Positions 9,349-24,132 of a stretch of DNA of 64,000 nucleotides are shown piece after piece. Both the position numbers and the translations under genes were made by a program. Source of the stretch: an uncultured delta proteobacterium (GTDB taxonomy: Bacteria > Myxococcota > UBA727 > VGSZ01); NCBI GenBank assembly GCA_963775425.1, contig CAVZJB010000013.1, positions 257,592-321,591 of the forward strand. Reading direction: 5' to 3'. The notes below the pieces were generated by a model. That model did not search any database. It was not told where the DNA came from and was given only the letters and a program-made list of their open reading frames with translations. Positions within the stretch are counted from its first letter, which is position 1, and every line of letters starts with the position of its first letter.

Positions 9349-12300
9349 TCAGAGCGCGTCGACCGAGACCACCTTGAAGCCCACCCATTGCCCGTCGAAG
9401 GGCTGCGTGACGCCCGGCGCGCTCTCCTGCGTCACGATGCTCTGGCTGTTCTCCGCCTGCTGTCCGTCGGCGGAGACCGTGAAGGTGAGGGTGACGGTGG
9501 AGCCGCCGGTGGCCGTCATGCGCTGCTGGTTGCCGACCTCGAGGGCCTCCGGCCCCGGCGTCGTCGTGGCGTTCACGAAGTACGAGCCGTCGACGTCGGT
9601 GGCGACGGCGACGCTGTCGGCGTTCGCCTCCGGCGTGCCCCCGAGCTTCCAGGCGCCCACCGTGAGGCCGCCGGTGTGCGCTTCGAATTCGACGACGCCG
9701 AAGGCGTGCAAGGTGATCGCGTACTGCGTCGTGGGGGAGCCACCGAGCGTGACGCTCACCTGATCGTCGCTGCCGACGGTGCAAAGGCCACCCGCGCGCG
9801 GGTCGTTGCAGGGGCTCTGCAGCACGACGCCCTGCAAGCCGCTGGCGACGTCCTCGCAGGTGAGCACGCCGTCGCCGGCGAAGCCGGGCTGATCGCACAG
9901 GCAGTGCACGACGCCGGTGCTGTCGTCGCACGTGGCCACGCCCGCGCACACGGTGGTGGCGCAGCTCTGGCGCGCGCCGCTCTCGCCGTCGGCGGCGATG
10001 CGCCACAGGAACCCGGTGTCGATGTTCAGCGGTCCCTTGAAGTTGACGGTGTCGGACACGATGGGGCCGAGCGTGAAGCCCGACAACAGGCCGCCGAAGT
10101 CGCCTGCGGCAACCACGGTCTCGTCGTCGCCCACCGCGACCCGGCCGGCGAAGACGAAGGGGCCGCTGAACGTGCCCTGGTCCGGGTCGGCGATGGAGGC
10201 GAACGTGGTCCACACGTCCTGGGCGCCCCGCGGTGCGAGCAGGTCGACCCGGGCGGCGAGCAGGCCCCGCTCCTGGGCGGGGAAGGCGACGTCGCCGGGC
10301 TCGCCGTTGTAGTCGCCGAAGATCACCGCCTGCCCCGGCGCGACCACGCCGACGTCGTTGAACGACAGGCTGCCCGCGGGGTCCTGCACGCCGACGACGT
10401 ACGCGTCCGGCTGCAGCGCGCCGTTGGCGTCGAAGCGCATGAGCACGGACTGCTCCGAGCCGGCCGCCGCGGGGAACGTGCCGGCGACGGCGTTGAAGGC
10501 GTCGAAGACCTGGAGCGTGCCGCGCGAGGTGACGGCGACCACGACCTCGTTGCGGGCGCTGTCGACGTCGAGGGCGACCACCGTGGAGCTCTCCGCGGCC
10601 ATGCGCGCCGTCCAGTGGATGCCGGTGCCGTCGGAGGTGAGCGCGGCGAGCCAGCCCTGGCCGGTCTGCGTGAGGTCGCCGACGACGGCGCCGCTGAACA
10701 GCACGCCGTCGTTGTAGTCGCCGCCGACCACCACGTCGCCGTTCGGCATCACAGCGACGTCGTTGCCGCGCGCCGTGCCGGGGGGCGCCGCGCCGAGGCC
10801 GCTGTCGGCGCCCGCCGCGCGCGCCCACACGCCGCTGCCGTCGGCGGCCACGACCGCGACGAACGCGTCGCTGCCGCCCGGCGTGGGCGTCGGCAACGCG
10901 CCGAGGCCCGTGACCGGCTCGAAGGTCCCGTCGTACTCGCCGGTGACGACGATGCCGCCGGGCGCGACGCCGGCGGCGTCGGCGATCTCGGGCTCCACCC
11001 CGCCCGTGGACGGGCCGAACGCGATCGAGGGCCCGGCGAAGGTGCCGAACTCATCGAGGAAGACGTAGTAGACGCCGCCGACGCCGCCGCCGTCGACGGT
11101 GTCGAGGGTGCCGAGGGCGTCGCTGAAGTCGACGGGGCCCTGGAGATCGCCCGCCGCGACGAAGCCGCCGCTCGCGAGCGCCACCGCGCTGGACGCGCTC
11201 ACGCTCGACTGACCGCTCGGAACGGCGGTGGCCGCGAACGAGCACGTCGATCCGTCGAGCCGCGTGCCGGCGAAGAAGGAGAACGGGAAGCCGCCGCCGT
11301 CGATGAAGCAGCGCGTCGACGGGTCGAGCAGGGTGACGCCGTCGGCGCTGTTGCCGACGACGAACAGCGTGGGGCCGGACGCGGCGAGCCCGCGGATCTC
11401 GCTCGGGCCGTCGTCGGGGAGGCCCGAGCGCGTCGCGACGAGGTACGGGCGCCCCGCGGTGACGGGGGCGAGGGCGAGCGCGGGGAGCGGGCCGTCGCCG
11501 ATGTTGCTGTCGCCGGTGAACACGGGGGCGGCGTCGGCGGTGACGAAGCCGAAGATGAACTGCGTGACGAGGTCGCTGTCGTCCGTGGAGACCCACAGAT
11601 CGCCGGCGCTGCCGAAGGCGAGCCCGGTGGGGCGCCACTGCGCGTGGGTGAGCGGGCCGGCGGGGTTCGCGAAGGCCGCGCCGTCGCCGGTGAACAGGAA
11701 GCGCAGCACGTCGCCGCCGTCGGCGTTGGCGACGAACAGCTCGCCGAAGCGCGAAAACGCGAGGCCCTGCGGGCCGTCGACCCCGGCGCTGATGGAGCCG
11801 TTGGCGACGGCGCCGGTGTCGTCGACGAGGTAGCGGTCGACGCGATCGCCGCCGGCGACGGCGGTGTCGGTGCTCACGAACAGCTCGCCGGTGAGCGGGT
11901 CGACCGCGACGCCCGTGGGCAGCCCGTCGGCGGCGAGGGAGAAGCTGCCGTTCGGCGTGAGCCCGCCGTCTTGCGCGACGAGGAAGCGCGCCATGACGCC
12001 GGTCTTGTCGGCGACGAACAGCTCCGCGCCGCCGGCGCCGCCGGTGCGCACCGCGGCGCGGGTGGGGGCCTCGAGGACGGTGCCCGGGGAGCTCGTCTCG
12101 GCGAGCGTGAAGCCGCCCGAGGGCGAGACCACGCGGGTGAACGACGGCGGGCCGGAGACGCGCTGGTCGATCACCAGCAGATCGCCGTTCGGCAGCAGCA
12201 CCATGTCCTGCGGGGCATCGAAGACATTGAGGTCGATGTCGATGTCGTTGCTCTGGTCGGCCCGCTCCCGGAACAGCCCGGGGCCGCCGTCCGCGTTCTC

Positions 12301-14331
12301 GGAGAACAGGCCGAGGAGCTGCTCCTCGACGATGCCGTCCTGCGAGAAGTCGCCGTCGCGGTCGATGTCGCACGCGTCGCCGATGCCGTCGCCGTCGGGG
12401 GCGTCGGCCTGGTCGGCGTTCGGGAAGAACACGCAGTTGTCGCAGGCGTCGCCGACGCCGTCGACGTCGGTGTCGGTCTGATCGACGTTGCTGACGGCGG
12501 CGCAGTTGTCGATGGCGTCGGGGACCCCGTCGCCGTCGCCGTCGGTGTTGGGCGCGACCTGGACATCGAGCGCGTACGAAAACGCCGACGTCGCGTCGGC
12601 GCCGCCGCCGACGCACACGAATTGCGTTCCCGCGCTCGGGGGCACGAGCACGACGCGGGAGCACTTGCCGGCACCGCCGTCGTCGTCGAAGCCGATCTCC
12701 GTGTCGCCGTCGGTGCCGAACACGCGCAGCGTGGAGTCGAGCAGCGACGCCGCGCAGGCGCCGTCGCCGCGGTCGAGCACCTCGGCCGCGAGGAAGTCGC
12801 CGTCCGCGGTGCTCACCGAGACACAGTCGACGTCGCCGGCGCCGGCGGTGCCGCGGAAGGGGGCGGCGAAGGCGTTGGCGTGGGCGGTGTCGTCGTTGGG
12901 CTCGACCTCGGTGTCGGGCTCCCCTTCGCCTTCTCCTTCTCCTTCTCCTTCTCCTTCGCCTTCGCCCTCGCCTTCGCCCTCGCCTTCGCCCTCGCCTTCG
13001 CCTTCGCCGGGGTGGATGTCGTCGCAGGCGTCGGCGGTGCAGGAGCCGGCGCAGCAGGGGTTGTCGTCGACGGGGGAGCACAGGCCGTCGCCGTCGGGGT
13101 CGACGCGCGTGCACAGCCCGAGGCACGCGGGCTCGAGCGGGTCGGGGAGGCCGTCGCCGTCGTCGTCGCAGTCGCGGCCGTTGCAGCGGTTCTCGGACGG
13201 CGGCGCGCCGTCGGCGCCGGGGGCGGTGCAGGCGGCGACGCAGCCGGCGAGGTCGGCGCGCGCGATGCTGAGGGCGCCGTCGCCGTCGCGGTCGAGGGGC
13301 GCGTCGGCGTCGCACGGGTCGGTGCCGGCGAGCATCAGGGTCCACGTGGGGGGCGCGTGGCCGGGCAGCGGCGACACGGGGGGCGTCTGCACGCTGCCGG
13401 TGAAGCCGAACAGCCCGCCGCCGGCGGCGTAGACGTCCCAGGCGCCCACAGGCAGCTCGACGCCGAGGACGTCGCCGGGGCTGGCGCCGTCGACGGTGAC
13501 GACGGCGTCGTCGGGGCTGTGGCCCGCGGGCGTGATGCGCACGTCGACGGAGGCGTCGCCGCCGCTCTCTTCGCCGCCGAGGCGCAAGGACACCTGCGCG
13601 GGCGCGGGGGCGTTCGGATCGACGAGGGCGAGCGTGACGGGGCCGGGGTCGGCGGTGGCGCCGACGACGATGTCGAGGGGGATGACGTCGCTCGCCTGCG
13701 CGGGCGTGACGTCGTCGCCGGGGAGGAACGCCCAGAGGAGCACGCGGCCGGGGAGCACGCCGGGGACCAGGAACGCGCCGTCTGCGTCGACGGTGACCTC
13801 GCCCTCGGTGGGGAGCGCGGCGTCGTCGACGTCGGCGCCCTGGACGTTGACGAGGTCGTCGGCGGGGAGGTCGGCGCCGGCGCGGAAGACGTAGACGCGG
13901 GCGCCGGCGGCGGGCTCGCCGGCGGCGTCGACGACGGTGGTGCCGGCGATGCGTCCGACCCCGGAGAGGCCGACCTTGCCGAGCAGGACGCTCGTGAGCT
14001 TGCCGTCGACGACGGTGAGCTTGAACGCGCGGAGCGCGCCGCGCTCGGGGAAGCCGTCGCCGTCGTTGTCCTCGACGAGGCGCATGACCCAGGCGCCGGC
14101 GCCGAGGCCGTTGACCGTGAAGCGCCCGTCGGCGAGCGAGCGGCGGACGATCGACGCGCCCTCGGGGGTGATGCGGGCGAACGACACGGCGACGGCTTGA
14201 TCCTCGTCGGTGACCGCGGTGCCGGTGACGTCTCCGGGTTTCACCCCGTTCAGGCGATCGAGCTTGAAGCCGCACCCGGCGGCGGCGACGGCGAGGGACA
14301 ACGCGATTGGTGCAAAAACGATACGGCGCAT
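9349..14331 (-). CDS. giant surface lipoprotein (carboxypeptidase-regulatory-like, (GE)n linker, PPC, TSP3 Ca-binding repeats, beta-propellers, EGF-like)
   Basis: [20 protein letters not shown] signal; EVEPND; [22 protein letters not shown] repeats; [12 protein letters not shown]. Confidence 0.8.
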   Translation of the reverse strand: MRRIVFAPIALSLAVAAAGCGFKLDRLNGVKPGDVTGTAVTDEDQAVAVSFARITPEGASIVRRSLADGRFTVNGLGAGAWVMRLVEDNDGDGFPERGALRAFKLTVVDGKLTSVLLGKVGLSGVGRIAGTTVVDAAGEPAAGARVYVFRAGADLPADDLVNVQGADVDDAALPTEGEVTVDADGAFLVPGVLPGRVLLWAFLPGDDVTPAQASDVIPLDIVVGATADPGPVTLALVDPNAPAPAQVSLRLGGEESGGDASVDVRITPAGHSPDDAVVTVDGASPGDVLGVELPVGAWDVYAAGGGLFGFTGSVQTPPVSPLPGHAPPTWTLMLAGTDPCDADAPLDRDGDGALSIARADLAGCVAACTAPGADGAPPSENRCNGRDCDDDGDGLPDPLEPACLGLCTRVDPDGDGLCSPVDDNPCCAGSCTADACDDIHPGEGEGEGEGEGEGEGEGEGEGEGEGEGEGEPDTEVEPNDDTAHANAFAAPFRGTAGAGDVDCVSVSTADGDFLAAEVLDRGDGACAASLLDSTLRVFGTDGDTEIGFDDDGGAGKCSRVVLVPPSAGTQFVCVGGGADATSAFSYALDVQVAPNTDGDGDGVPDAIDNCAAVSNVDQTDTDVDGVGDACDNCVFFPNADQADAPDGDGIGDACDIDRDGDFSQDGIVEEQLLGLFSENADGGPGLFRERADQSNDIDIDLNVFDAPQDMVLLPNGDLLVIDQRVSGPPSFTRVVSPSGGFTLAETSSPGTVLEAPTRAAVRTGGAGGAELFVADKTGVMARFLVAQDGGLTPNGSFSLAADGLPTGVAVDPLTGELFVSTDTAVAGGDRVDRYLVDDTGAVANGSISAGVDGPQGLAFSRFGELFVANADGGDVLRFLFTGDGAAFANPAGPLTHAQWRPTGLAFGSAGDLWVSTDDSDLVTQFIFGFVTADAAPVFTGDSNIGDGPLPALALAPVTAGRPYLVATRSGLPDDGPSEIRGLAASGPTLFVVGNSADGVTLLDPSTRCFIDGGGFPFSFFAGTRLDGSTCSFAATAVPSGQSSVSASSAVALASGGFVAAGDLQGPVDFSDALGTLDTVDGGGVGGVYYVFLDEFGTFAGPSIAFGPSTGGVEPEIADAAGVAPGGIVVTGEYDGTFEPVTGLGALPTPTPGGSDAFVAVVAADGSGVWARAAGADSGLGAAPPGTARGNDVAVMPNGDVVVGGDYNDGVLFSGAVVGDLTQTGQGWLAALTSDGTGIHWTARMAAESSTVVALDVDSARNEVVVAVTSRGTLQVFDAFNAVAGTFPAAAGSEQSVLMRFDANGALQPDAYVVGVQDPAGSLSFNDVGVVAPGQAVIFGDYNGEPGDVAFPAQERGLLAARVDLLAPRGAQDVWTTFASIADPDQGTFSGPFVFAGRVAVGDDETVVAAGDFGGLLSGFTLGPIVSDTVNFKGPLNIDTGFLWRIAADGESGARQSCATTVCAGVATCDDSTGVVHCLCDQPGFAGDGVLTCEDVASGLQGVVLQSPCNDPRAGGLCTVGSDDQVSVTLGGSPTTQYAITLHAFGVVEFEAHTGGLTVGAWKLGGTPEANADSVAVATDVDGSYFVNATTTPGPEALEVGNQQRMTATGGSTVTLTFTVSADGQQAENSQSIVTQESAPGVTQPFDGQWVGFKVVSVDAL

Positions 14332-14429
14332 CCCTTGACCGTAGCGCGACATGCCCCTTTGGAGGTACGGGCCGCGCCGCCTGGCGCAGATGTCGCCCCG
14401 AACGGATAGCTGAACTGTCACCCATCTCT

Positions 14430-14930
14430 TGTCCGCGCCCGCGCCGTCGAGGTCCGATGTCCGCCGGCCGCGATCCGCTTGCCGCCGGCCGACAAGCCGA
14501 CCCGATGTCGCTTTGGCGCAGCTCGTGTCCCTCGATTCGTCGTTCCGCGGGTCCTCAATCTCTCCCGCGTCGCCCGTCGCGCATCCCCGATCGGGCCGGG
14601 TGCGACAGATGCGGGGGACGAGCCCCCGCCCTACGCTCGGACCGTAGGGCGCGGGCTTGTCCCCCGCGTCGGAGAGACGGCTGCGTCGACGACCCGTCGG
14701 CGGGGGCTCTTCTCCCGCATTTCTTGCGACGGCGGCCCTCTTGATTCTGAAGAATGCGCCTCTTCGCTCGTGTCCTCGTGTCCTCGTGTCCTCGTTCTGT
14801 CGGGCTTTCGGTCTCTCCCGCAGCTCTCCCATCGCCGTTCCCGGATCGATCGCGCGGCGAAGCTCCGCAGAGCTCCCGCCTTGATGGCCGCGCGCTCGGC
14901 GAGCGACTCGTGGCTGCCCTCGCAGATCAC
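14430..14930 (-). repeat. composite intergenic element: paired REPs, two copies of the FHB-associated noncoding module and an internally deleted four-helix-bundle fragment
   Basis: REPs at 14611-14634(-) and 14644-14667(+); reverse complement resembles 53870-54060 and 55780-55880; encodes [15 protein letters not shown] as in gene 55434. Confidence 0.75.
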
Positions 14931-14978
14931 GCGCAACAAATGCTCGTAGCAGACAGCGCGAGCCGAGAGGAGGCGCGT

Positions 14979-17304
<2,326 letters not shown>

Positions 17305-17418
17305 CGTCGCACCCTACGGCGCCGGCGCGCGCCCTCAACCCCCGACGGGTGCGAAAGCTCACGCCGCTCGGCTGATCCGTCGGCGCCGACGCCACGGCGC
17401 GGCGCGGGCAGTACACGC

Positions 17419-17536
17419 GCGACGTCGGCTACGTCGACGACCCGGCGTCCGCTGCGTCGACGCCCCGGCGTCCGCTGCGTCGACGCCCCGGCGTCCGCTG
17501 CGTCGACGCCCCGTAGGGCGGGGGCTTGTCCCCCGC
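17419..17536 (+). repeat. 23-bp tandem repeat (x3.5) abutting a REP type 1 (GTAG at 17513)
   Basis: CGTCGACGCCCCGGCGTCCGCTG units at 17432-17500, then GTAGGGCGGGGGCTTGTCCCCCGC. Confidence 0.9.
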
Positions 17537-17577
17537 GTCGGAAAGGCCGTCGCCCCGCCGTGAATGTCGTAACGCCG

Positions 17578-18207
17578 CTAAGTGCCGCCCCAGAGCTGCT
17601 TGACGCGGGCGTCGCGGCCGCAGCCTTCGCGGTACGCGTGGTACGACGACGGCGAGCGCTTGTAGTAGTCCTGATGGTAGCCCTCGGCGGGCCAGAACGC
17701 GTTCGCCTTCTGGATGATGGTGACGATGGGCGAGTGGAGCACGTTGCTCTTTTCGATCTCCGCCTTCACCTTCTCCGCGGTCTTCTTCTGGACGTCGTTC
17801 ACGTAGAAGATCGCGGTGCGGTACTGCGGCCCGAGGTCGCAGAACTGGCCCGTGGCCTGCGTCGGGTCCACGTGGTGGAAGAAGTACTCGACGAGCTTTT
17901 CATACGTGACCTTCTTCGGGTCGTAGACCACGCGAACGCTCTCGAAGTGACCGGTCTTGTGCGAGGACACCTGCTCGTAGCTCGGGCTCTTCTCCGGGCC
18001 GCCGGTGTAGCCCGAGGTCACCGAGAGGATGCCGTCACCCATGTGCTCGAAGTCGGACTCCATGCACCAAAAGCAGCCGCCGGCGAACAAAGCGTAGGCG
18101 CTGCCCTTGGGGTCGTCCTTGGGCGTGATGGGCTCGCTGGCGCACGCGGTCGTGGCGAAGGCGGTGGCGAAAGTGACGACGGACACGAACAAGAGCGCGG
18201 GCTTCAT
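17578..18207 (-). CDS. msrA: peptide-methionine (S)-S-oxide reductase, exported
   Basis: AGGCFWCME, GYTGG, GQFCDLGPQYRTAIFY, AEGYHQDYY. Confidence 0.97.
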   Translation of the reverse strand: MKPALLFVSVVTFATAFATTACASEPITPKDDPKGSAYALFAGGCFWCMESDFEHMGDGILSVTSGYTGGPEKSPSYEQVSSHKTGHFESVRVVYDPKKVTYEKLVEYFFHHVDPTQATGQFCDLGPQYRTAIFYVNDVQKKTAEKVKAEIEKSNVLHSPIVTIIQKANAFWPAEGYHQDYYKRSPSSYHAYREGCGRDARVKQLWGGT

Positions 18208-18290
18208 CGAAATCACCTCTCCGGCATTGTACGGCGCCGCCCGCCCTTGCGTGACACGGGGATCCACGACGACGACGACCGACGCGGGGC

Positions 18291-18620
18291 GTAGGGCGGG
18301 GCTCGTCCCCCGCACTTGGCTCGAGCGGCTCGGACCCGAGGGGCGGCGGGCGCCGAAGGCGCGCGGCGTAGACATTCGCGGCGGGGCACGACGTCATCGT
18401 CAGCGCACACGTCGTCCCGCCGAGAATGTCGTGCCCCGTAGGGCGGGGGCTTGTCCCCCGCGTCGGAAAGGCCAGGCGGACGTTGCCTCCGACGCGCCCC
18501 ACGAGGGGGCGCCCTACGTCTCGATGCCGTGCGTGTCGTGTCGCCCCGATGCGAGAACGGCGGGCCAAGACGTCGTCGTCAGCGACGAACGCCGTGCCGC
18601 CGACAATGTCGTGCCGCCGC
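18291..18620. repeat. REP cluster (types 1 and 2) with a second conserved flanking module
   Basis: GTAG REPs at 18291 and 18438, inverted REP at 18494-18517; GACATTCGCGGCGGGGCAC module also near 41250. Confidence 0.8.
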
Positions 18621-18625
18621 TCAGC

Positions 18626-20881
18626 TCAGCGCAGGACGAGCGGGAAGCTCACGTCGTCGACGCTGCCGTCGAGGATGGCGTAGGTGACCCACGAGCCCGT
18701 CACCTTCTTCACGTAGTTGCGCGTCTCGTCGACCGGGATGCGCTCCACCCACGCGTCGAGCGGGCCCTTGGGGTTCCACTTCCTCACGGCCCCGGGGCCG
18801 GCGTTGTAGGCGGCGATGGCGAGCGCGGGGTGCTTCATCATGCGCAGCCGGCGGGCGAGGTGCGAGGCCGCCAGGCGCGCGTTGAGCACGGGATCTTTGA
18901 GGTCGTCGACCGTCGGCTTCGGGAGCTTCTCGCTCTTCGCCTCGTCGCCCGCCGTCGGCATCATGAGCTGGCACAGGCCCACGGCGCCGGCCCACGACAC
19001 GACGTCGGCGTCGAACGCGCTCTCCTCGCGCGCCAGCCCGAACAACAGCGGGCGCGGCACCTTGTGGGCGTCGGCGGCGGCGTCGACGGCGGCGGCGTGC
19101 GCGAGCGGCCAGTCGAGCGACCACGCGAGCGCCGTCTCCGTCGACGGCGACCCCGGCAGCAGCGCGAGCCCCCCGTCGCGCAACAGCGCGTGGCCCGCGC
19201 CCGGGTCGCCGGCCTCGGACAAATAAAGCGCGAGCACGAAGCGGTCCTCGGGGACGAGCCGGGCGGCGGCGGCGCTGCCGGGCCCGGCGCCGATGTCGAC
19301 GTCGGCGATGGCGCCGAGCACGAGCAAGGCCTCCGCGTCGTAGCCCCCCGCGACCAGCGCGCGCGCGAGGACGAAGCGCGGGTCGGCGGCCAGCGCCTTG
19401 CTCGCCGTCAACGACGCCCCCGGCGACAGCGCCGCCTCACGCACGTGCGTCGGCGTCGCGGCCGGCGCGGACGGCGCTCCCTTCGCCGACGCCACCTTCG
19501 GCGCGCCGCCCCTGGCGACGCCGGCCTCGACGTCCTTCACGAGCAGGCGCGCGAGCTCGCCGTACCAGCTCGCCGGCCGCGACGACGCCAGCGCCGCCAG
19601 CGCCGACAGCGCCGCGTCGCGCTTGGTGTCGTCGCCGGTGACCTCGAGCGAGTCCAGGCGCGGGGCGAGGCCGAGCCGCGCGCGCCAGTACAGGGCGCGG
19701 TCCGCGATCAAGAGCTGGCCGCCGTGGGGCGCGAGGCGGGCGGCGTCGTCGAGGGCGGCGCGCGCGCCTTCGACGTCGCCGGCGGCGGCGCGCGACCACG
19801 CGATGCGGAAGCGCGCCTCGTGCACCATGTCGCCGCCGGGGAAGCTCTTCACGATGCGCGACCACGCCGCCTCCGCGGCCTTGTGGTCGCCGGCGTCCTC
19901 GGCGAGGTCGCCGGTCCACATCAGGACGTCGTCGGTGAGCCTGTCGTCGGGCCACGACTTGACGAACGCCGCCAGCAGCGCCGGCGCGCTCGCGCTGTGC
20001 GTCACCCACGCGACGCGCGCGGCCAGGTAGGCGGCGCGCTCCTTGACGTCGTCGCTGCAGCGGGCGGCGACGTCGTCGAGCTCCTTCTTGGCCGCGTGGT
20101 ACTTGCGCAGCTTGCGGTACGCCTTGCCCATCAACAGGCGCGCCTCGCAGGCGGGCGCGCTCGTGTCCTTTTGCTTCACGAGCGGAGACAACAGCGCGAT
20201 GACGTCGTCACTCGCGTGGCGCGCGGCCAGCGCGTCGGCGCGCTTGACGGCGGCGGCGAGGTCTTCGGGCGGGCGGTGCTGCGCCGCGGGCAGCGCCGTG
20301 GCCTTCTTGCCCGCCGCGGTGTCGGGCAGCTCCACCAGCAGGCGCTCGAGCGCGCGCGCGGACTGTGCCTTGTCGCCGCGCGCGACGAGGACGAAGAGCG
20401 CCCGGCCGAGCGCCTCACGGCGCGCGTCGTCGAACAGGCCCACCGGCAGGTCCACGGCGCCCCCGATGCCCGCCGCGGGCAGGTCGTGGGCGTCGATGAA
20501 CGCGGCGATCTCGTCGACGACGAGCGGGTCCTTCCCGAGCGGCGACGCCGCCACCTCGCTGTACGCCGCGAGGGCGCCGGGGACGTCGTGGGCGGCGGCG
20601 CGGCAGCGGCCCGCGCGCAGGGTGGCCGCGGGCCCGCGCGACGACCCCCGGTCCTTTTCGTAGAGCGCGCACGCGGCCTTCTCGTCGCCGAGCTGCTCGA
20701 GGGCGGCCCCCGCGAGCCCCGGCGCGTCCACGCCGGCGGCGGTGGCGAGGGTGTGCGCTTCGTCGAAACGGCCGGCCGCAAAGGCGGCGCGCGCGGCGGC
20801 GAGCGGGTCGATCGCGGCGATCTTCACCCCCGCGGCGGCGGAGGCGACAGAGAGGACGGCGGCGACGACGAGCGCATGCAT
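18626..20881 (-). CDS. slt: soluble lytic transglycosylase (Slt70-like, TPR plus SLT domain)
   Basis: AREESAF, SWAGAVGLCQLM, AAYNAGPG, ETRNYVKKV. Confidence 0.92.
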   Translation of the reverse strand: MHALVVAAVLSVASAAAGVKIAAIDPLAAARAAFAAGRFDEAHTLATAAGVDAPGLAGAALEQLGDEKAACALYEKDRGSSRGPAATLRAGRCRAAAHDVPGALAAYSEVAASPLGKDPLVVDEIAAFIDAHDLPAAGIGGAVDLPVGLFDDARREALGRALFVLVARGDKAQSARALERLLVELPDTAAGKKATALPAAQHRPPEDLAAAVKRADALAARHASDDVIALLSPLVKQKDTSAPACEARLLMGKAYRKLRKYHAAKKELDDVAARCSDDVKERAAYLAARVAWVTHSASAPALLAAFVKSWPDDRLTDDVLMWTGDLAEDAGDHKAAEAAWSRIVKSFPGGDMVHEARFRIAWSRAAAGDVEGARAALDDAARLAPHGGQLLIADRALYWRARLGLAPRLDSLEVTGDDTKRDAALSALAALASSRPASWYGELARLLVKDVEAGVARGGAPKVASAKGAPSAPAATPTHVREAALSPGASLTASKALAADPRFVLARALVAGGYDAEALLVLGAIADVDIGAGPGSAAAARLVPEDRFVLALYLSEAGDPGAGHALLRDGGLALLPGSPSTETALAWSLDWPLAHAAAVDAAADAHKVPRPLLFGLAREESAFDADVVSWAGAVGLCQLMMPTAGDEAKSEKLPKPTVDDLKDPVLNARLAASHLARRLRMMKHPALAIAAYNAGPGAVRKWNPKGPLDAWVERIPVDETRNYVKKVTGSWVTYAILDGSVDDVSFPLVLR

Positions 20882-21037
20882 CGAGAGTTCCCTGCGCTGC
20901 GCAGCTCGGGAAAACGCCCCGGGCCCGCGCGCGATTCCGGCGGCGCCGCTGCGCACCCGCCGGGGCGCGCACCGGAATGTGCTCGCCACGGCGAGGGACG
21001 AGCGCCACGCGTGCGGGGCTTTGCTACAACGGTGGCC

Positions 21038-22555
21038 ATGTTTGGTCGATCGCCCGCTCCCCCTTCGCTCCCGCCGCACGCATCGAGAGGGCCCCGGCGC
21101 GCGCCGCCGGCCGCGTTCGCGCTGCCCGTCGTCGTCGCCGTCCTCGTCGTCCCCGTCCTCGTCGGCGCCGCGCCCGCCGCGGCCGAGACGCTGTGGACGC
21201 AGCCGGCGGCGAAGCAATCGGCGGTGGGCATCCCATCGGTGGCGCCGCTCGTCGACAAGCTCGAGCCCGCCGTGCTCGTCATCTTCACCGAGGCCGACTT
21301 CAACCCCGAGACGGACCTCCCCCCGGGGCACCCGCCGCTGCCGGAAGGCATGCCGTTCCCCTTCGAGGGCGACGCCGAGCCCGAGGTGCGTGGGCAGGGC
21401 GCGGGCTTCCTCATCACATCGACGGGCTACGCGCTCACCAACCACCACGTCGTCGAAAACGCCAAGTCCATCACCGTGCGCGTGGGCACGGGCCACGACG
21501 AGATCAGCGCCAGCGTGGTCGGCAGCGACGAAAAGACCGACATCGCGCTCATCAAGCTCGACAGCCCCCGCACCGATTGGCCGGTGATCCCCCTCGGCGA
21601 CAGCGCGGCGATGCACGTGGGCGACTTCGTCGTCGCCATCGGCTCGCCGTTCGGGCTCGAGCAGTCGGTGAGCGTGGGCATCATCAGCGGCCGCTCTCGA
21701 CGTGACATCGCGCCCTCGGGGCGCGAGGGCCTCTACGACTTCATGCAGACCGACGCGAGCATCAACCCCGGCAACTCCGGCGGCCCGCTCTTGAACCTCT
21801 ACGGCGAGGCCATCGGCATGAACAGCGCCGTCAACGCCGCCGGCAGCGGCATCGGTTTCGCCATCCCCATCAACATGGTGAAGAAGCTCCTGCCGTCGTT
21901 GAAGGACAAGGGGCACTTCGCGCGCTCGTGGATCGGCGTGCAGATCACGGGCGTCGAGAAGGGCGTGGCCACGGGGCTTGGGCTCGATCGTGTGCGCGGC
22001 GCGCTCGTGCGCGAGGTGGTCGACGGCGGGCCCGCGCAAAAGGGCGGCATCGAGCCCGGCGACGTCATCCTCGCGTTCGAGGGCAAGAACATCGAGGACA
22101 GCTACGAGCTGCCGCTGCTCGCGGGCAACGCGGGGGTGGGCAAGACGGTGAAGGTGGAGGTGATGCGCGACGGCAAGCCCAAGACCCTGGCGGTCACGCT
22201 CGGCGACCACCCCGACAACGCCGCCCCCAAGAAGGAAGCGCACGCGGCGCACAAGGCGGCGGAGAAGGACGGCAGCCTCGGCGTCGTCGTCGTCACCCTG
22301 GACGCGGACGACCGCGACCGCTTGAAGCTCAAGTCCGACGTCGTCGGCACGCGCATCACCAAGGTGCGGCCGGGCTCGCCCGCGTTCGTCGCCGGGCTCC
22401 AGCCCGACGACGTCATCGTCACGGTGAACAAGAAGGACATTCGCACCGCCAACGACTTCGCCGCCATCGTCAAAGGCACGCCCGACGGCGGCCTCTTGAA
22501 GATCCTCCTGCGGCGGAGCGGCGCCACGATCTTCATCCCGCTGGAAAAGCCGTGA
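21038..22555 (+). CDS. HtrA/DegP-family serine protease with two PDZ domains
   Basis: LTNHHVV, DIALIK, QTDASINPGNSGGPL, two PDZ domains. Confidence 0.95.
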   Translation: MFGRSPAPPSLPPHASRGPRRAPPAAFALPVVVAVLVVPVLVGAAPAAAETLWTQPAAKQSAVGIPSVAPLVDKLEPAVLVIFTEADFNPETDLPPGHPPLPEGMPFPFEGDAEPEVRGQGAGFLITSTGYALTNHHVVENAKSITVRVGTGHDEISASVVGSDEKTDIALIKLDSPRTDWPVIPLGDSAAMHVGDFVVAIGSPFGLEQSVSVGIISGRSRRDIAPSGREGLYDFMQTDASINPGNSGGPLLNLYGEAIGMNSAVNAAGSGIGFAIPINMVKKLLPSLKDKGHFARSWIGVQITGVEKGVATGLGLDRVRGALVREVVDGGPAQKGGIEPGDVILAFEGKNIEDSYELPLLAGNAGVGKTVKVEVMRDGKPKTLAVTLGDHPDNAAPKKEAHAAHKAAEKDGSLGVVVVTLDADDRDRLKLKSDVVGTRITKVRPGSPAFVAGLQPDDVIVTVNKKDIRTANDFAAIVKGTPDGGLLKILLRRSGATIFIPLEKP

Positions 22556-23072
22556 TCGAGACCGAGGACCTCGCCACCCGGGCGCAGCGCATCAAGGTCA
22601 TCGGGTTCGACGTCGACGGCGTGTGCACCGACGGCCGCCTGTACTACGGCCCCGGCGGCGAGGCGCTGCACGCGTTCTGCGCGCGCGACGGGCTCGGCAT
22701 CGTGCTCGCGCGCAAGGCGGGCATCGTGATGGTGGCGGTGAGCGGCCGCAAGAGCCCCAACGTCCACGCGCGGCTCACCGAGCTGCGCGTGCCGCACATC
22801 GTGCAGGGCGCGGGCAACAAGGTCGACGCGTTCGGCGCCGTGCTCCGCGAGGTGGGCGCGCAATGGAACGAGGCGGCGTTCATCGGCGACGACGTCAACG
22901 ACGTCCCTTGCATGAAGCGAGCGGGCCTCGCGGCCTGCGTCCCCGACGCCGCCGACGGCGTGGACGCGTTCGCGCACGTCGTGGTGCGCCGGCGCGGCGG
23001 CGAGGGTGCGTTGCGCGAGCTCATCGAGATCGTGCTGCGCTCGCAGGGCCTGTGGTCCGTGGACGGTGAGGC

Positions 23073-23076
<4 letters not shown>
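22552..23076 (+). CDS. kdsC: KDO8P phosphatase (HAD family)
   Basis: FDVDGVCTDG, RDGLGI, FIGDDVND, GGEGALRELIE. Confidence 0.92.
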
Positions 23077-23488
<412 letters not shown>

Positions 23489-23492
<4 letters not shown>

Positions 23493-24097
23493 CGCCCCGC
23501 GCGCCACAGGGGCGCGCCCCCCGACGAGGGTTCACGGCGGCACAGGGCCGCGCCCTCCGCCCTGGCGCGGCGCCGGTTCGTTTCAGCGTGGCGGGGATGC
23601 TCGTCGCGCTCTGGGCCCTCGGGAGCGCCGGCTGTCTGCTCGGCGACGTCACCGGCGTGCCCTGCGCGAAGGACGGCGAGTGCCCGACGACGTACTTCTG
23701 CGATCTGCCGCGCGCCGCGTGCCGCAAGCAGAGCGACCACGACGGGCCGCCGGCGCTGCGCGTCGACAAGGTGCGGGACAGCTCCGGCGACCTCGTGCTC
23801 CTGCCCAAGGTCCCCGACGCGGCCACGTCCCCCCTGGGGCTCCACCTCGTCAACGACGGCGACGGCCCCGCCGACCTCATCGGCGTCAGCTTCACCTTCC
23901 TCGCCTGCGTCGAATTCCGCGTGCCGCCGGAGAACGTCCCCGACACCATCCCGGGCAAGGGCGACGCCGAGGTGGGCATCGAGGTCACCACCGGCGGCCC
24001 CGACTGCGGCGGCGTCCAGATCGTGGACTGGTTCCTGACCTTCTCCGGGCGCGAGCAGCGCGGCGCGTTCGACCTCGACGTGCTGCAGAACCCGTAG
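23489..24097 (+). CDS. hypothetical Cys-rich lipoprotein
   Basis: SAGC lipobox, CxxDxECPxxYFCD motif; start uncertain (23489 or 23597). Confidence 0.55.
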
Positions 24098-24132
24098 CGC
24101 CGAAGCCGCACGACGGCGATCGATGCGCCTGC

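Noticed and set aside
9388-14409. 1673-aa plus-strand ORF and similar long Arg/Ala-rich ORFs (for example 11051-14425, 34200-36251, 41312-43519)
   Set aside because: Shadow frames of real genes in high-GC DNA, with no motifs.
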